The notes below the pieces were generated by a model. The model was not told the DNA's origin, searched no databases, and saw only the letters and a program-made list of their open reading frames with translations. From Squalus acanthias (lineage: Eukaryota), in assembly GCA_030390025.1 (NCBI GenBank), contig JASTWF010000344.1, positions 496,001-516,810 of the forward strand: a stretch of DNA of 20,810 bases, read 5' to 3'. Below, in pieces: positions 8,518-20,810 of this stretch (position 1 is the stretch's first letter; each line of letters begins with the position of its first letter). The position numbers and the translations under genes are program-made.

Positions 8518-8618
8518 CTCGTTTCTGCTGCTCTTGTGTTTCTTGGGAACCCCCATTGAATGGATCCTGTGCGGCGGGATTCATCGTACTCTGGTGCAGA
8601 GCAGAGTCTGAATTGGTC
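8518..8618 (-). CDS. CRTC1: Internal coding exon of CREB-regulated transcription coactivator (CRTC/TORC family, best match CRTC1)
   Basis: Acceptor cattttgatttcag| (AG at 8620-8619) and donor GAG|gtgagg (GT at 8517-8516). The 101 bp read G + ACC AAT TCA GAC TCT GCT CTG CAC CAG AGT ACG ATG...CAG AAA CGA + G = (R)[33 protein letters not shown]. This matches recalled human CRTC1 [33 protein letters not shown], and the trailing G fits the following Val codon. Confidence 0.9.
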
Positions 8619-11121
8619 CTGAAATCAAAATGTATGCATCATTTACTCAAATTTGTGATAATCATCAACACCATTATATTTTATACCACAAGTGTGACAG
8701 ACTGACAGAAAACAAGAAAGATAATAATGTAGATCATTAAAAAATAAGTTAAAAGTGATTAATCCTAAAACTCAGAAAGATGTCTGTACAATCCATTTAT
8801 TACAGGACGAGACACCCAGTGTGCGTTTCACAGGACAGTGACAGTCCCTGTGTGTGTATTACAGGACAGTGACAGTCCCTGTGTGTGTATTACAGGACAG
8901 TGACAGTCCCTGTGTGTGTATTACAGGACAGTGACAGTCCCTGTGTGTGTATTACAGGACAGTGACAGTCCCTGTGCGTGTATTACAGGACAGTGACAGT
9001 CCCTGTGCGTGTATTACAAGACAGTGACAGTCCCTGTGCGTGTATTACAGGACAGTGACAGAACCTGTGTGTGTATTACAGGACAGTGACAGTCTCTGTA
9101 TTACAGGACAGTGACAGACCCGGTGTGTGTTTTACAGGACAGTGAAAGTCCGTGTGTGTGTATTACAGGACAGTGACAGTCCCTGTCTGTGTATTACAGG
9201 ACAGTGACAGACCCTGTGTGTGTATTACAGGACAGTGACAGTCTCTGTATATTACAGGACAGTGACAGTCCATGTGTGTTACAGGACAGTGACAGTACCT
9301 GTGTATTACAGGACAATGACAGTCCCTGTGCATTACAGGACAGTGACAGACCCTGTGAATGACATGACAGTGACAGACGCTGTGTGTGTATTACAGGACA
9401 GTGACAGTCTCTGTGTGTGTATTACAGGACAGTGACAGTCCCTGTGTGTGTATTACAGGACAGTGACAGTCCCTGTGTGTGTATTACAGGACAGTGACAG
9501 ACCCTGTGTGTGTATTACAGGACATTGACAGTCTCTGTATCACAGGACAGTAACAGTCCCTGTGTATTACAGGACAGTGACAGACCCTGTGTATTGCAGG
9601 ACAGTGACAGACCCTGTGAATGACATGACAGTGACAGACCCTGTGTGTGTATTACAGGACAGTGACAGACCCTGTGTGTGTATTACAGGACAGTGACAGA
9701 CCCTGTGTGTGTATTACAGGACAGAGACAGTCCCTGTGTGTGTATTACCGGACAGTGACAGTCTCTGTATATTATAGGACAGTGACAGTACCTGTGTATT
9801 TCAGGACAGTGACAGTCCCTGTCTGTGTATTACAGGACAGTGACAGACCCTGTGTGAGTATTACAGGACAGTGACAGTCCCTGTATATTACAGGACAGTG
9901 ACAGACCCTGTGTGAGTATTACAGGACAGTGACAGTCCCTGTATATTACAGGACAGTGACAGACCCTGTGTGTGTATTACAGGACAGTGACAGTCTCTGT
10001 GTGTGTTTTACAGGACAGTGACAGACCCTGTGAATGTATTACAGACAGTGACAGTCCCTGTGTATTACAGGACAGTGACAGATCCTGTGTATTACAGGAC
10101 AGTGACAGACTCTGTGTATTACAGGACAGTGACAGACCCTGTGTGTGTATTACAGGACAGTGACAGTCCCTGTCTGTGTATTACACGACAGTGACAGTCC
10201 CTGTCTGTGTATTACACGACAGTGACAGTCCCTGTCTGTGTATTACAGGACAGTGACAGACCCTGTGTGTGTATTACAGGACAGTGACATACCCTTTGTG
10301 TGTATTACAGGACAGTGACAGTCCCTGTGTGTGAATTACAAGACAATGCCAGTCCCTGTGTGTGTATTAAAGGACAGTGACAGTCTCTGTATTATAGGAC
10401 AGTGACAGTCCCTGTCTGTGTATTACACGACAGTGACAGTCCCTGCCTGTGTATTACACGACAGTGACAGTCCCTGTCTGTGTATTACACGACAGTGACA
10501 GTCCCTGTCTGTGTATTACACGACAGTGACAGTCCCTGTCTGTGTATTACACGACAGTGACAGTCCCTGTGTGTGAATTACAAGACAATGCCAGTCCCTG
10601 TGTGTGTATTAAAGGACAGTGACAGTCTCTGTATTATAGGACAGTGACAGTCCCTGTGTATTACAGGACAGTGACAGACCCTGTGTATAACAGGACAGTG
10701 ACAGTCCCTGTGTGTGTATTACCGGACAGTGACAGTCTCTGTATTATAGGACAGTGACAGTCCCTGTGTATTACCGGACAGTGACAGTGCCTGTGTATTA
10801 CAGGACAGTGACAGACCCTGTGTGTGTATCACAGGATAGGGACAGTCCCTGTTTACTACAGGACAGTGACAGACCCTGTGTGTGTATTACAGGACAGTGA
10901 CAGTCTCTGTATTACAGGACAGTGACAGTCCCTGTGTATTACAGGACAGTGACAGTCCCTGTGTATTACAGGACAGTGACAGTCCCTGTGTATTACAGGA
11001 CAGTGACAGTCTCTGTATTACAGGACAGTGACAGTCCCTGTGTATTACAGGACAGTGACAGTCCCTGTGTGTGTATTACAGGACAGTGACAGTCTCTGTA
11101 TATTACAGGACAGTGACAGTA

Positions 11122-11190
11122 CCGAAAGCTCATAATTTGAAATAAAACTGTTGGACTATAACCTGGTGTTGTGCGACTTCTTAGTTTTGT
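11122..11190 (+). mobile_element. PLE terminal-repeat fragment embedded in the satellite (copy 1)
   Basis: CCGAAAGCTCATAATTTGAAATAAAACTGTTGGACTATAACCTGGTGTTGTGCGACTTCTTAGTTTTGT matches 3048-3116 at 63/69 ungapped positions. Confidence 0.9.
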
Positions 11191-14100
11191 GTATTACAGG
11201 ACAGTGACAGACGCTGTGTGTGTATTACAGGACAGGGACAGACCGTGTTTGTGCATTACAGGACAGGGACAGACCGTGTTTGTGCATTACAGGACAGTGA
11301 CAGACCCTGTGTGTGTATTACAGGACAGTGACAGTCCCTGTGTGTGTATTACATGACAGTGACAGACCTTGTGTGTGTATTACAGGACAGTGACAGTCTC
11401 TGTGCGTGTATTACAGGACAGCGACAGTCCCTGTGTGTGTATTACAGGACAGAGACAGTCCCTGTGTGTGTATTACAGGACAGTGACAGTCCCTGTGTGT
11501 GTATTACAGGACAGAGACAGTCCCTGTGCGTGTATTACAGGACAGTGACAGTCCCTGTGCGTGTATTACAGGACAGTGACAGTCCCTGTGCGTGTATTAC
11601 AGGACAGTGACAGTCCCTGTGCGTGTATTACAGGACAGTGACAGTCCCTGTGTATTACAGGACAGTGACAGACGCTGTGTGTGTATTACAGGACAGTGAC
11701 AGACGCTGTGTGTGTATTACAGGATAGGGACAGACCCGGTGTGTGTATTACAGGACAGTGACAGTCTCTATGTGTGTATTACAAGACAGTGACAGACCCT
11801 GTGAGTGTATTACAGGACAGTTACAGACCCTGTGCGTGTATTACAGGATAGTGACAGTCCCTGTGTATTACAGGATAGTGACAGTCCCTGTGTATTACAG
11901 GACAGTGACAGACCCTGTGTGTGTATTACAGGACAGTGACAGACCCTGTGTGTGTATTACAGGACAGTGACAGACCCTGTGTGTGTATTACAGGACAGTG
12001 ACAGACCCTGTGTGTGTATTACAGGACAGTGACAGACCCTGTGTGTGTATTACAGGACAGTGACAGTCCCTGTGTATTACAGGACAGTGACAGTCCCTGT
12101 GTATTACAGGACAGTGACAGTCCCTGTGTATTACAGGACAGTGACAGTCCCTGTGTATTACAGGACAGTGACAGTCCCTGTGTATTACAGGACAGTGACA
12201 GTCCCTGTGTATTACAGGACAGTGACAGTCCCTGTGTATTACAGGACAGTGACAGTCCCTGTGTATTACAGGACAGTGACAGTCCCTGTGTATTACAGGA
12301 CAGTGACAGTCCCTGTGTATTACAGGACAGTGACAGTCCCTGTGTATTACAGGACAGTGACAGTCCCTGTGTATTACAGGACAGTGACAGTCCCTGTGTA
12401 TTACAGGACAGTGACAGTCCCTGTGTATTACAGGACAGTGACAGTCCCTGTGTATTACAGGACAGTGACAGTCCCTGTGTATTACAGGACAGTGACAGTC
12501 CCTGTGTATTACAGGACAGTGACAGTCCCTGTGTATTACAGGACAGTGACAGTCCCTGTGTATTACAGGACAGTGACAGTCCCTGTGCGTGTATTACAGG
12601 ACAGTGACAGTCCCTGTGCGTGTATTACAGGACAGTGACAGTCACTGTGCGTGTATGACAGGACAGTGACAGTCCCTGTGCGTGTATTACAGGACAGTGA
12701 CAGAACCTGTGTGTGTATTACAGGACAGTGACAGTCCCTGTGCGTGTATGACAGGACAGTGACAGTACCTGTGTGTGTATTACAGGACAGTGACAGTCTC
12801 TGTATTACAGGACAGTGACAGACCCGGTGTGTGTTTTACAGGACAGTGAAAGTCCGTGTGTGTGTATTACAGGACAGTGACAGTCCCTGTCTGTGTATTA
12901 CAGGACAGTGACAGTCTCTGTATCACAGGACAGTAACAGTCCCTGTGTATTACAGGACAGTGACAGACCCTGTGTATTGCAGGACAGTGACAGACCCTGT
13001 GAATGACATGACAGTGACAGACCCTGTGTGTGTATTACAGGACAGTGACAGACCCTGTGTGTGTATTACAGGACAGTGACAGACCCTGTGCGTGTATTAC
13101 AGGACAGAGACAGTCCCTGTGTGTGTATTACCGGACAGTGACAGTCTCTGTATATTATAGGACAGTGACAGTACCTGTGTATTTCAGGACAGTGACAGTC
13201 CCTGTCTGTGTATTACAGGACAGTGACAGACCCTGTGTGAGTATTACACGACAGTGACAGTCCCTGTATATTACAGGACAGTGACAGACCCTGTGTGAGT
13301 ATTACAGGACAGTGACAGTCCCTGTATATTACAGGACAGTGACAGACCCTGTGTGTGTATTACAGGACAGTGACAGTCTCTGTGTGTGTTTTACAGGACA
13401 GTGACAGACCCTGTGAATGTATTACAGACAGTGACAGTCCCTGTGTATTACAGGACAGTGACAGATCCTGTGTATTACAGGACAGTGACAGACTCTGTAT
13501 TACAGGACAGTGACAGACCCTGTGTGTGTATTACACGACAGTGACAGTCCCTGTCTGTGTATTACACGACAGTGACAGTCCCTGTCTGTGTATTACACGA
13601 CAGTGACAGTCCCTGTCTGTGTATTACAGGACAGTGACAGACCCTGTGTGTGTATTACAGGACAGTGACATACCCTTTGTGTGTATTACAGGATAGGGAC
13701 AGTCCCTGTGTACTACAGGACAGTGACAGGCCCTGTGTGTGTATTACAGGACAGTGACAGTCTCTGTATTACAGGACAGTGACAGTCCCTGTGTATTACA
13801 GGACAGTGACAGTGCCTGTGTATTACAGGACAGTGACAGACCCTGTGTGTGTATCACAGGATAGGGACAGTCCCTGTTTACTACAGGACAGTGACAGACC
13901 CTGTGTGTGTATTACAGGACAGTGACAGTCTCTGTGCGTGTATTACAGGACAGCGACAGTCCCTGTGTGTGTATTACAGGACAGAGACAGTCCCTGTGTG
14001 TGTATTACAGGACAGTGACAGTCCCTGTGTGTGTATTACAGGACAGAGACAGTCCCTGTGCGTGTATTACAGGACAGTGACAGTCCCTGTGCGTGTATTA

Positions 14101-16967
14101 CAGGACAGTGACAGTCCCTGTGCGTGTATTACAGGACAGTGACAGTCCCTGTGTATTACAGGACAGTGACAGACGCTGTGTGTGTATTACAGGACAGTGA
14201 CAGACGCTGTGTGTGTATTACAGGATAGGGACAGACCCGGTGTGTGTATTACAGGACAGTGACAGTCTCTATGTGTGTATTACAAGACAGTGACAGACCC
14301 TGTGAGTGTATTACAGGACAGTTACAGACCCTGTGCGTGTATTACAGGATAGTGACAGTCCCTGTGTATTACAGGACAGTGACAGTCCCTGTGTATTACA
14401 GGACAGTGACAGACCCTGTGTGTGTATTACAGGACAGTGACAGACCCTGTGTGTGTATTACAGGACAGTGACAGACCCTGTGTGTGTATTACAGGACAGT
14501 GACAGACCCTGTGTGTGTATTACAGGACAGTGACAGTCCCTGTGTATTACAGGACAGTGACAGTCCCTGTGTATTACAGGACAGTGACAGTCCCTGTGTA
14601 TTACAGGACAGTGACAGTCCCTGTGTATTACAGGACAGTGACAGTCCCTGTGTATTACAGGACAGTGACAGTCCCTGTGTATTACAGGACAGTGACAGTC
14701 CCTGTGTATTACAGGACAGTGACAGTCCCTGTGTATTACAGGACAGTGACAGTCCCTGTGTATTACAGGACAGTGACAGTCCCTGTGTATTACAGGACAG
14801 TGACAGTCCCTGTGTATTACAGGACAGTGACAGTCCCTGTGTATTACAGGACAGTGACAGTCCCTGTGTATTACAGGACAGTGACAGTCCCTGTGTATTA
14901 CAGGACAGTGACAGTCCCTGTGTATTACAGGACAGTGACAGTCCCTGTGTATTACAGGACAGTGACAGTCCCTGTGTATTACAGGACAGTGACAGTCCCT
15001 GTGTATTACAGGACAGTGACAGTCCCTGTGTATTACAGGACAGTGACAGTCCCTGTGTATTACAGGACAGTGACAGTCCCTGTGTATTACAGGACAGTGA
15101 CAGTCCCTGTGTATTACAGGACAGTGACAGTCCCTGTGCGTGTATTACAGGACAGTGACAGTCCCTGTGCGTGTATTACAGGACAGTGACAGTCACTGTG
15201 CGTGTATGACAGGACAGTGACAGTCCCTGTGCGTGTATTACAGGACAGTGACAGAACCTGTGTGTGTATTACAGGACAGTGACAGTCCCTGTGCGTGTAT
15301 GACAGGACAGTGACAGTACCTGTGTGTGTATTACAGGACAGTGACAGTCTCTGTATTACAGGACAGTGACAGACCCGGTGTGTGTTTTACAGGACAGTGA
15401 AAGTCCGTGTGTGTGTATTACAGGACAGTGACAGTCCCTGTCTGTGTATTACAGGACAGTGACAGTCTCTGTATCACAGGACAGTAACAGTCCCTGTGTA
15501 TTACAGGACAGTGACAGACCCTGTGTATTGCAGGACAGTGACAGACCCTGTGAATGACATGACAGTGACAGACCCTGTGTGTGTATTACAGGACAGTGAC
15601 AGACCCTGTGTGTGTATTACAGGACAGTGACAGACCCTGTGTGTGTATTACAGGACAGAGACAGTCCCTGTGTGTGTATTACCGGACAGTGACAGTCTCT
15701 GTATATTATAGGACAGTGACAGTACCTGTGTATTTCAGGACAGTGACAGTCCCTGTCTGTGTATTACAGGACAGTGACAGACCCTGTGTGAGTATTACAC
15801 GACAGTGACAGTCCCTGTATATTACAGGACAGTGACAGACCCTGTGTGAGTATTACAGGACAGTGACAGTCCCTGTATATTACAGGACAGTGACAGACCC
15901 TGTGTGTGTATTACAGGACAGTGACAGTCTCTGTGTGTGTTTTACAGGACAGTGACAGACCCTGTGAATGTATTACAGACAGTGACAGTCCCTGTGTATT
16001 ACAGGACAGTGACAGATCCTGTGTATTACAGGACAGTGACAGACTCTGTATTACAGGACAGTGACAGACCCTGTGTGTGTATTACACGACAGTGACAGTC
16101 CCTGTCTGTGTATTACACGACAGTGACAGTCCCTGTCTGTGTATTACACGACAGTGACAGTCCCTGTCTGTGTATTACAGGACAGTGACAGACCCTGTGT
16201 GTGTATTACAGGACAGTGACATACCCTTTGTGTGTATTACAGGATAGGGACAGTCCCTGTGTACTACAGGACAGTGACAGGCCCTGTGTGTGTATTACAG
16301 GACAGTGACAGTCTCTGTATTACAGGACAGTGACAGTCCCTGTGTATTACAGGACAGTGACAGTGCCTGTGTATTACAGGACAGTGACAGACCCTGTGTG
16401 TGTATCACAGGATAGGGACAGTCCCTGTTTACTACAGGACAGTGACAGACCCTGTGTGTGTATTACAGGACAGTGACAGTCTCTGTATTACAGGACAGTG
16501 ACAGTCCCTGTGTATTACAGGACAGTGACAGTCCCTGTGTATTACAGGACAGTGACAGTCCCTGTGTATTACAGGACAGTGACAGTCCCTGTGTATTACA
16601 GGACAGTGACAGTCTCTGTATTACAGGACAGTGACAGTCCCTGTGTATTACAGGACAGTGACAGTGCCTGTGTATTACAGGACAGTGACAGACCCTGTGT
16701 GTGTATTACAGGACAGTGACAGTCTCTGTATTACAGGACAGTGACAGTCCCTGTGTATTACAGGACAGTGACAGTCCCTGTGTATTACAGGACAGTGACA
16801 GTCCCTGTGTATTACAGGACAGTGACAGTCTCTGTATTACAGGACAGTGACAGTCCCTGTGTATTACAGGACAGTGACAGTCCCTGTGTGTGTATTACAG
16901 GACAGTGACAGTCTGTGTGTATTACAGGACAGTGACAGTCTCTGTATATTACAGGACAGTGACAGTA

Positions 16968-17036
16968 CCGAAAGCTCATAATTTGAAATAAAACTGTTGG
17001 ACTATAACCTGGTGTTGTGCGACTTCTTAGTTTTGT
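16968..17036 (+). mobile_element. PLE terminal-repeat fragment embedded in the satellite (copy 2)
   Basis: Identical to 11122-11190 with the same flanking satellite variants. Confidence 0.9.
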
Positions 17037-19097
17037 GTATTACAGGACAGTGACAGACGCTGTGTGTGTATTACAGGACAGGGACAGACCGTGTTTGTGC
17101 ATTACAGGACAGGGACAGACCGTGTTTGTGCATTACAGGACAGTGACAGACCCTGTGTGTGTATTACAGGACAGTGACAGTCCCTGTGTGTGTATTACAT
17201 GACAGTGACAGACCTTGTGTGTGTATTACAGGACAGTGACAGTCTCTGTGCGTGTATTACAGGACAGCGACAGTCCCTGTGTGTGTATTACAGGACAGAG
17301 GACAGTCCCTGTGTGTGTATTACAGGACAGTGACAGTCCCTGTGCGTGTATTACAGGACAGAGACAGTCCCTGTGCGTGTATTACAGGACAGTGACAGTC
17401 CCTGTGCGTGTATTACAGGACAGTGACAGTCCCTGTGCGTGTATTACAGGACAGTGACAGTCCCTGTGCGTGTATTACAGGACAGTGACAGTCCCTGTGC
17501 GTGTATTACAGGACAGTGACAGTCCCTGTGCGTGTATTACAGGACAGTGACAGACCCTGTGAGTGTATTACAGGACAGTTACAGACCCTGTGCGTGTATT
17601 ACAGGATAGTGACAGTCCCTGTGTATTACAGGACAGTGACAGTCCCTGTGTATTACAGGACAGTGACAGACCCTGTGTGTGTATTACAGGACAGTGACAG
17701 ACCCTGTGTGTGTATTACAGGACAGTGACAGACCCTGTGTGTGTATTACAGGACAGTGACAGACCCTGTGTGTGTATTACAGGACAGTGACAGACCCTGT
17801 GTGTGTATTACAGGACAGTGACAGTCCCTGTGTATTACAGGACAGTGACAGTCCCTGTGTATTACAGGACAGTGACAGTCCCTGTGTATTACAGGACAGT
17901 GACAGTCCCTGTGTATTACAGGACAGTGACAGTCCCTGTGTATTACAGGACAGTGACAGTCCCTGTGTATTACAGGACAGTGACAGTCCCTGTGTATTAC
18001 AGGACAGTGACAGTCCCTGTGTATTACAGGACAGTGACAGTCCCTGTGTATTACAGGACAGTGACAGTCCCTGTGTATTACAGGACAGTGACAGTCCCTG
18101 TGTATTACAGGACAGTGACAGTCCCTGTGTATTACAGGACAGTGACAGTCCCTGTGTATTACAGGACAGTGACAGTCCCTGTGTATTACAGGACAGTGAC
18201 AGTCCCTGTGTATTACAGGACAGTGACAGTCCCTGTGTATTACAGGACAGTGACAGTCCCTGTGTATTACAGGACAGTGACAGTCCCTGTGTATTACAGG
18301 ACAGTGACAGTCCCTGTGTATTACAGGACAGTGACAGACCCTGTGTGTGTATCACAGGACAGTGAAACTCTCTGTATTACAGAACTGTGACAGTCCCTGT
18401 GTATTACAGGACAGAGACAGTCCCTGTGTGTGTATTACAGGACAGTGACAGTCCCTGTGCGTGTATTACAGGACAGTGACAGTCCCTGTGCGTGTATTAC
18501 AGGACAGTGACAGTCCCTGTGCGTGTATGACAGGACAGTGACAGTCCCTGTGCGTGTATTACAGGACAGTGACAGAACCTGTGTGTGTATTACAGGACAG
18601 TGACAGTCCCTGTGCGTGTATGACAGGACAGTGACAGACCCTGTGTGTGTATTACAGGACAGTGACAGTCCCAGTCTGTGTATTACAGGACAGTGACAGT
18701 CCCTGTGTATGTATTACAGGACAGTGACAGTCTCTGTATATTACACGACAGTGACAGTCCCTGTGTATTACAGGACAGTGACAGACCCCGTGTGTGTATT
18801 ACAGGACAGTGACAGTCCCTGTGTGTGTATTACAGGACAGTGACAGTCCCTGTGTATTACAGGACAGTGACAGACACTGTGTAATACAGGACAGTGACAG
18901 TCCCTGTGTATTACAGGACAGTGACAGTCCCTGTCTGTGTATTACAGGACAGTGACAGTCTCTGTATTACAGGACAGTGACAGTCCCTGTGTATTACAGG
19001 ACAGTGACAGTCCCTGTGTGTGTATTACAGGACAGTGACAGTCTGTGTGTATTACAGGACAGTGACAGTCTCTGTATATTACAGGACAGTGACAGTA

Positions 19098-19166
19098 CCG
19101 AAAGCTCATAATTTGAAATAAAACTGTTGGACTATAACCTGGTGTTGTGCGACTTCTTAGTTTTGT
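19098..19166 (+). mobile_element. PLE terminal-repeat fragment embedded in the satellite (copy 3)
   Basis: Identical to 11122-11190 with the same flanking satellite variants. Confidence 0.9.
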
Positions 19167-20810
19167 GTATTACAGGACAGTGACAGACGCTGTGTGTGTA
19201 TTACAGGACAGGGACAGACCGTGTTTGTGCATTACAGGACAGGGACAGACCGTGTTTGTGCATTACAGGACAGTGACAGACCCTGTGTGTGTATTACAGG
19301 ACAGTGACAGTCCCTGTGTGTGTATTACATGACAGTGACAGACCTTGTGTGTGTATTACAGGACAGTGACAGTCTCTGTGCGTGTATTACAGGACAGCGA
19401 CAGTCCCTGTGTGTGTATTACAGGACAGAGACAGTCCCTGTGTGTGTATTACAGGACAGTGACAGTCCCTGTGCGTGTATTACAGGACAGAGACAGTCCC
19501 TGTGCGTGTATTACAGGACAGTGACAGTCCCTGTGCGTGTATTACAGGACAGTGACAGTCCCTGTGCGTGTATTACAGGACAGTGACAGTCCCTGTGCGT
19601 GTATTACAGGACAGTGACAGTCCCTGTGCGTGTATTACAGGACAGTGACAGTCCCTGTGCGTGTATTACAGGACAGTGACAGTCCCTGTGCGTGTATTAC
19701 AGGACAGTGACAGACCCTGTGAGTGTATTACAGGACAGTTACAGACCCTGTGCGTGTATTACAGGATAGTGACAGTCCCTGTGTATTACAGGATAGTGAC
19801 AGTCCCTGTGTATTACAGGACAGTGACAGACCCTGTGTGTGTATTACAGGACAGTGACAGACCCTGTGTGTGTATTACAGGACAGTGACAGACCCTGTGT
19901 GTGTATTACAGGACAGTGACAGACCCTGTGTGTGTATTACAGGACAGTGACAGACCCTGTGTGTGTATTACAGGACAGTGACAGTCCCTGTGTATTACAG
20001 GACAGTGACAGTCCCTGTGTATTACAGGACAGCGACAGTCCCTGTGTATTACAGGACAGTGACAGTCCCTGTGTATTACAGGACAGCGACAGTCCCTGTG
20101 TATTACAGGACAGTGACAGTCCCTGTGTATTACAGGACAGTGACAGTCCCTGTGTATTACAGGACAGTGACAGTCCCTGTGTATTACAGGACAGTGACAG
20201 TCCCTGTGTATTACAGGACAGTGACAGTCCCTGTGTATTACAGGACAGTGACAGTCCCTGTGTATTACAGGACAGTGACAGTCCCTGTGTATTACAGGAC
20301 AGTGACAGTCCCTGTGTATTACAGGACAGTGACAGTCCCTGTGTATTACAGGACAGTGACAGTCCCTGTGTATTACAGGACAGTGACAGTCCCTGTGTAT
20401 TACAGGACAGTGACAGTCCCTGTGTATTACAGGACAGTGACAGTCCCTGTGTATTACAGGACAGTGACAGTCCCTGTGTATTACAGGACAGTGACAGACC
20501 CTGTGTGTGTATCACAGGACAGTGAAACTCTCTGTATTACAGAACTGTGACAGTCCCTGTGTATTACAGGACAGAGACAGTCCCTGTGTGTGTATTACAG
20601 GACAGTGACAGTCCCTGTGCGTGTATTACAGGACAGTGACAGTCCCTGTGCGTGTATTACAGGACAGTGACAGTCCCTGTGCGTGTATGACAGGACAGTG
20701 ACAGTCCCTGTGCGTGTATTACAGGACAGTGACAGAACCTGTGTGTGTATTACAGGACAGTGACAGTCCCTGTGCGTGTATGACAGGACAGTGACAGTAC
20801 CTGTGTGTGT

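Larger units (their letters stand above)
8798..20810. repeat. Large intronic satellite, core GTATTACAGGACAGTGACAG(T/A)CCCT(GT)n, units mostly 27 and 31 bp (also 25 bp), roughly 400 units; runs off the window end
   Basis: Directly visible. First unit (8798-8830) is degenerate. Near-perfect 27-mer blocks at about 12045-12586, 14515-15137, 17803-18337 and 19963-20497. Confidence 0.99.

Noticed and set aside
8830..8860. GACAGTG resembling the RAG heptamer CACAGTG, and TGAC resembling a CRE half-site
   Set aside because: The essential CAC is missing and there is no nonamer. A CRE half-site needs TGACG, whereas the unit has TGACA.
9220..20550. Long repetitive ORFs (CVLQDSDSP)n, (VYYRTVTVP)n and (LSLSCNTQG)n
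   Set aside because: They are consequences of a 27-bp stop-free unit. They mostly start at GTG, are open in several frames on both strands, and break wherever 31- or 25-bp units occur.
8798..20810. CRISPR-like appearance of the satellite and of the 34-bp array at 7451-8128
   Set aside because: Units are head-to-tail with no unique spacers, there are no cas genes, and the context is vertebrate.

Overview
Eukaryotic, vertebrate, repeat-dominated DNA, most likely from a cartilaginous fish (inferred from the repeat families). The window appears to lie inside a CRTC-family gene, most likely CRTC1, transcribed on the minus strand. One 101-bp coding exon (8518-8618, missed by the ORF track) encodes the regulatory motif (R)[10 protein letters not shown]. 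Bases 1-6.9 kb are a pile-up of decayed CR1-clade LINE pieces: RT, 3' tail, and a zinc-finger/SGNH-esterase ORF1, including an inverted duplication. Three of these pieces carry a different nested insertion each: a 212-bp solo LTR, a Penelope-like terminal fragment with a minimal hammerhead ribozyme, and an 817-bp PIF/Harbinger-like non-autonomous element. The exon is bracketed by a 34-bp GC-box minisatellite (about 20 copies) and a >12-kb satellite of 25/27/31-bp units. The satellite has 2.1-2.5 kb higher-order repeats and has captured and triplicated a 69-bp piece of the Penelope-like hammerhead region. All long ORFs beyond 8.8 kb are repeat artefacts. I see no evidence for a wholly new multi-gene system; the most notable items are the ribozyme, its satellite-embedded fragments and the hidden exon.
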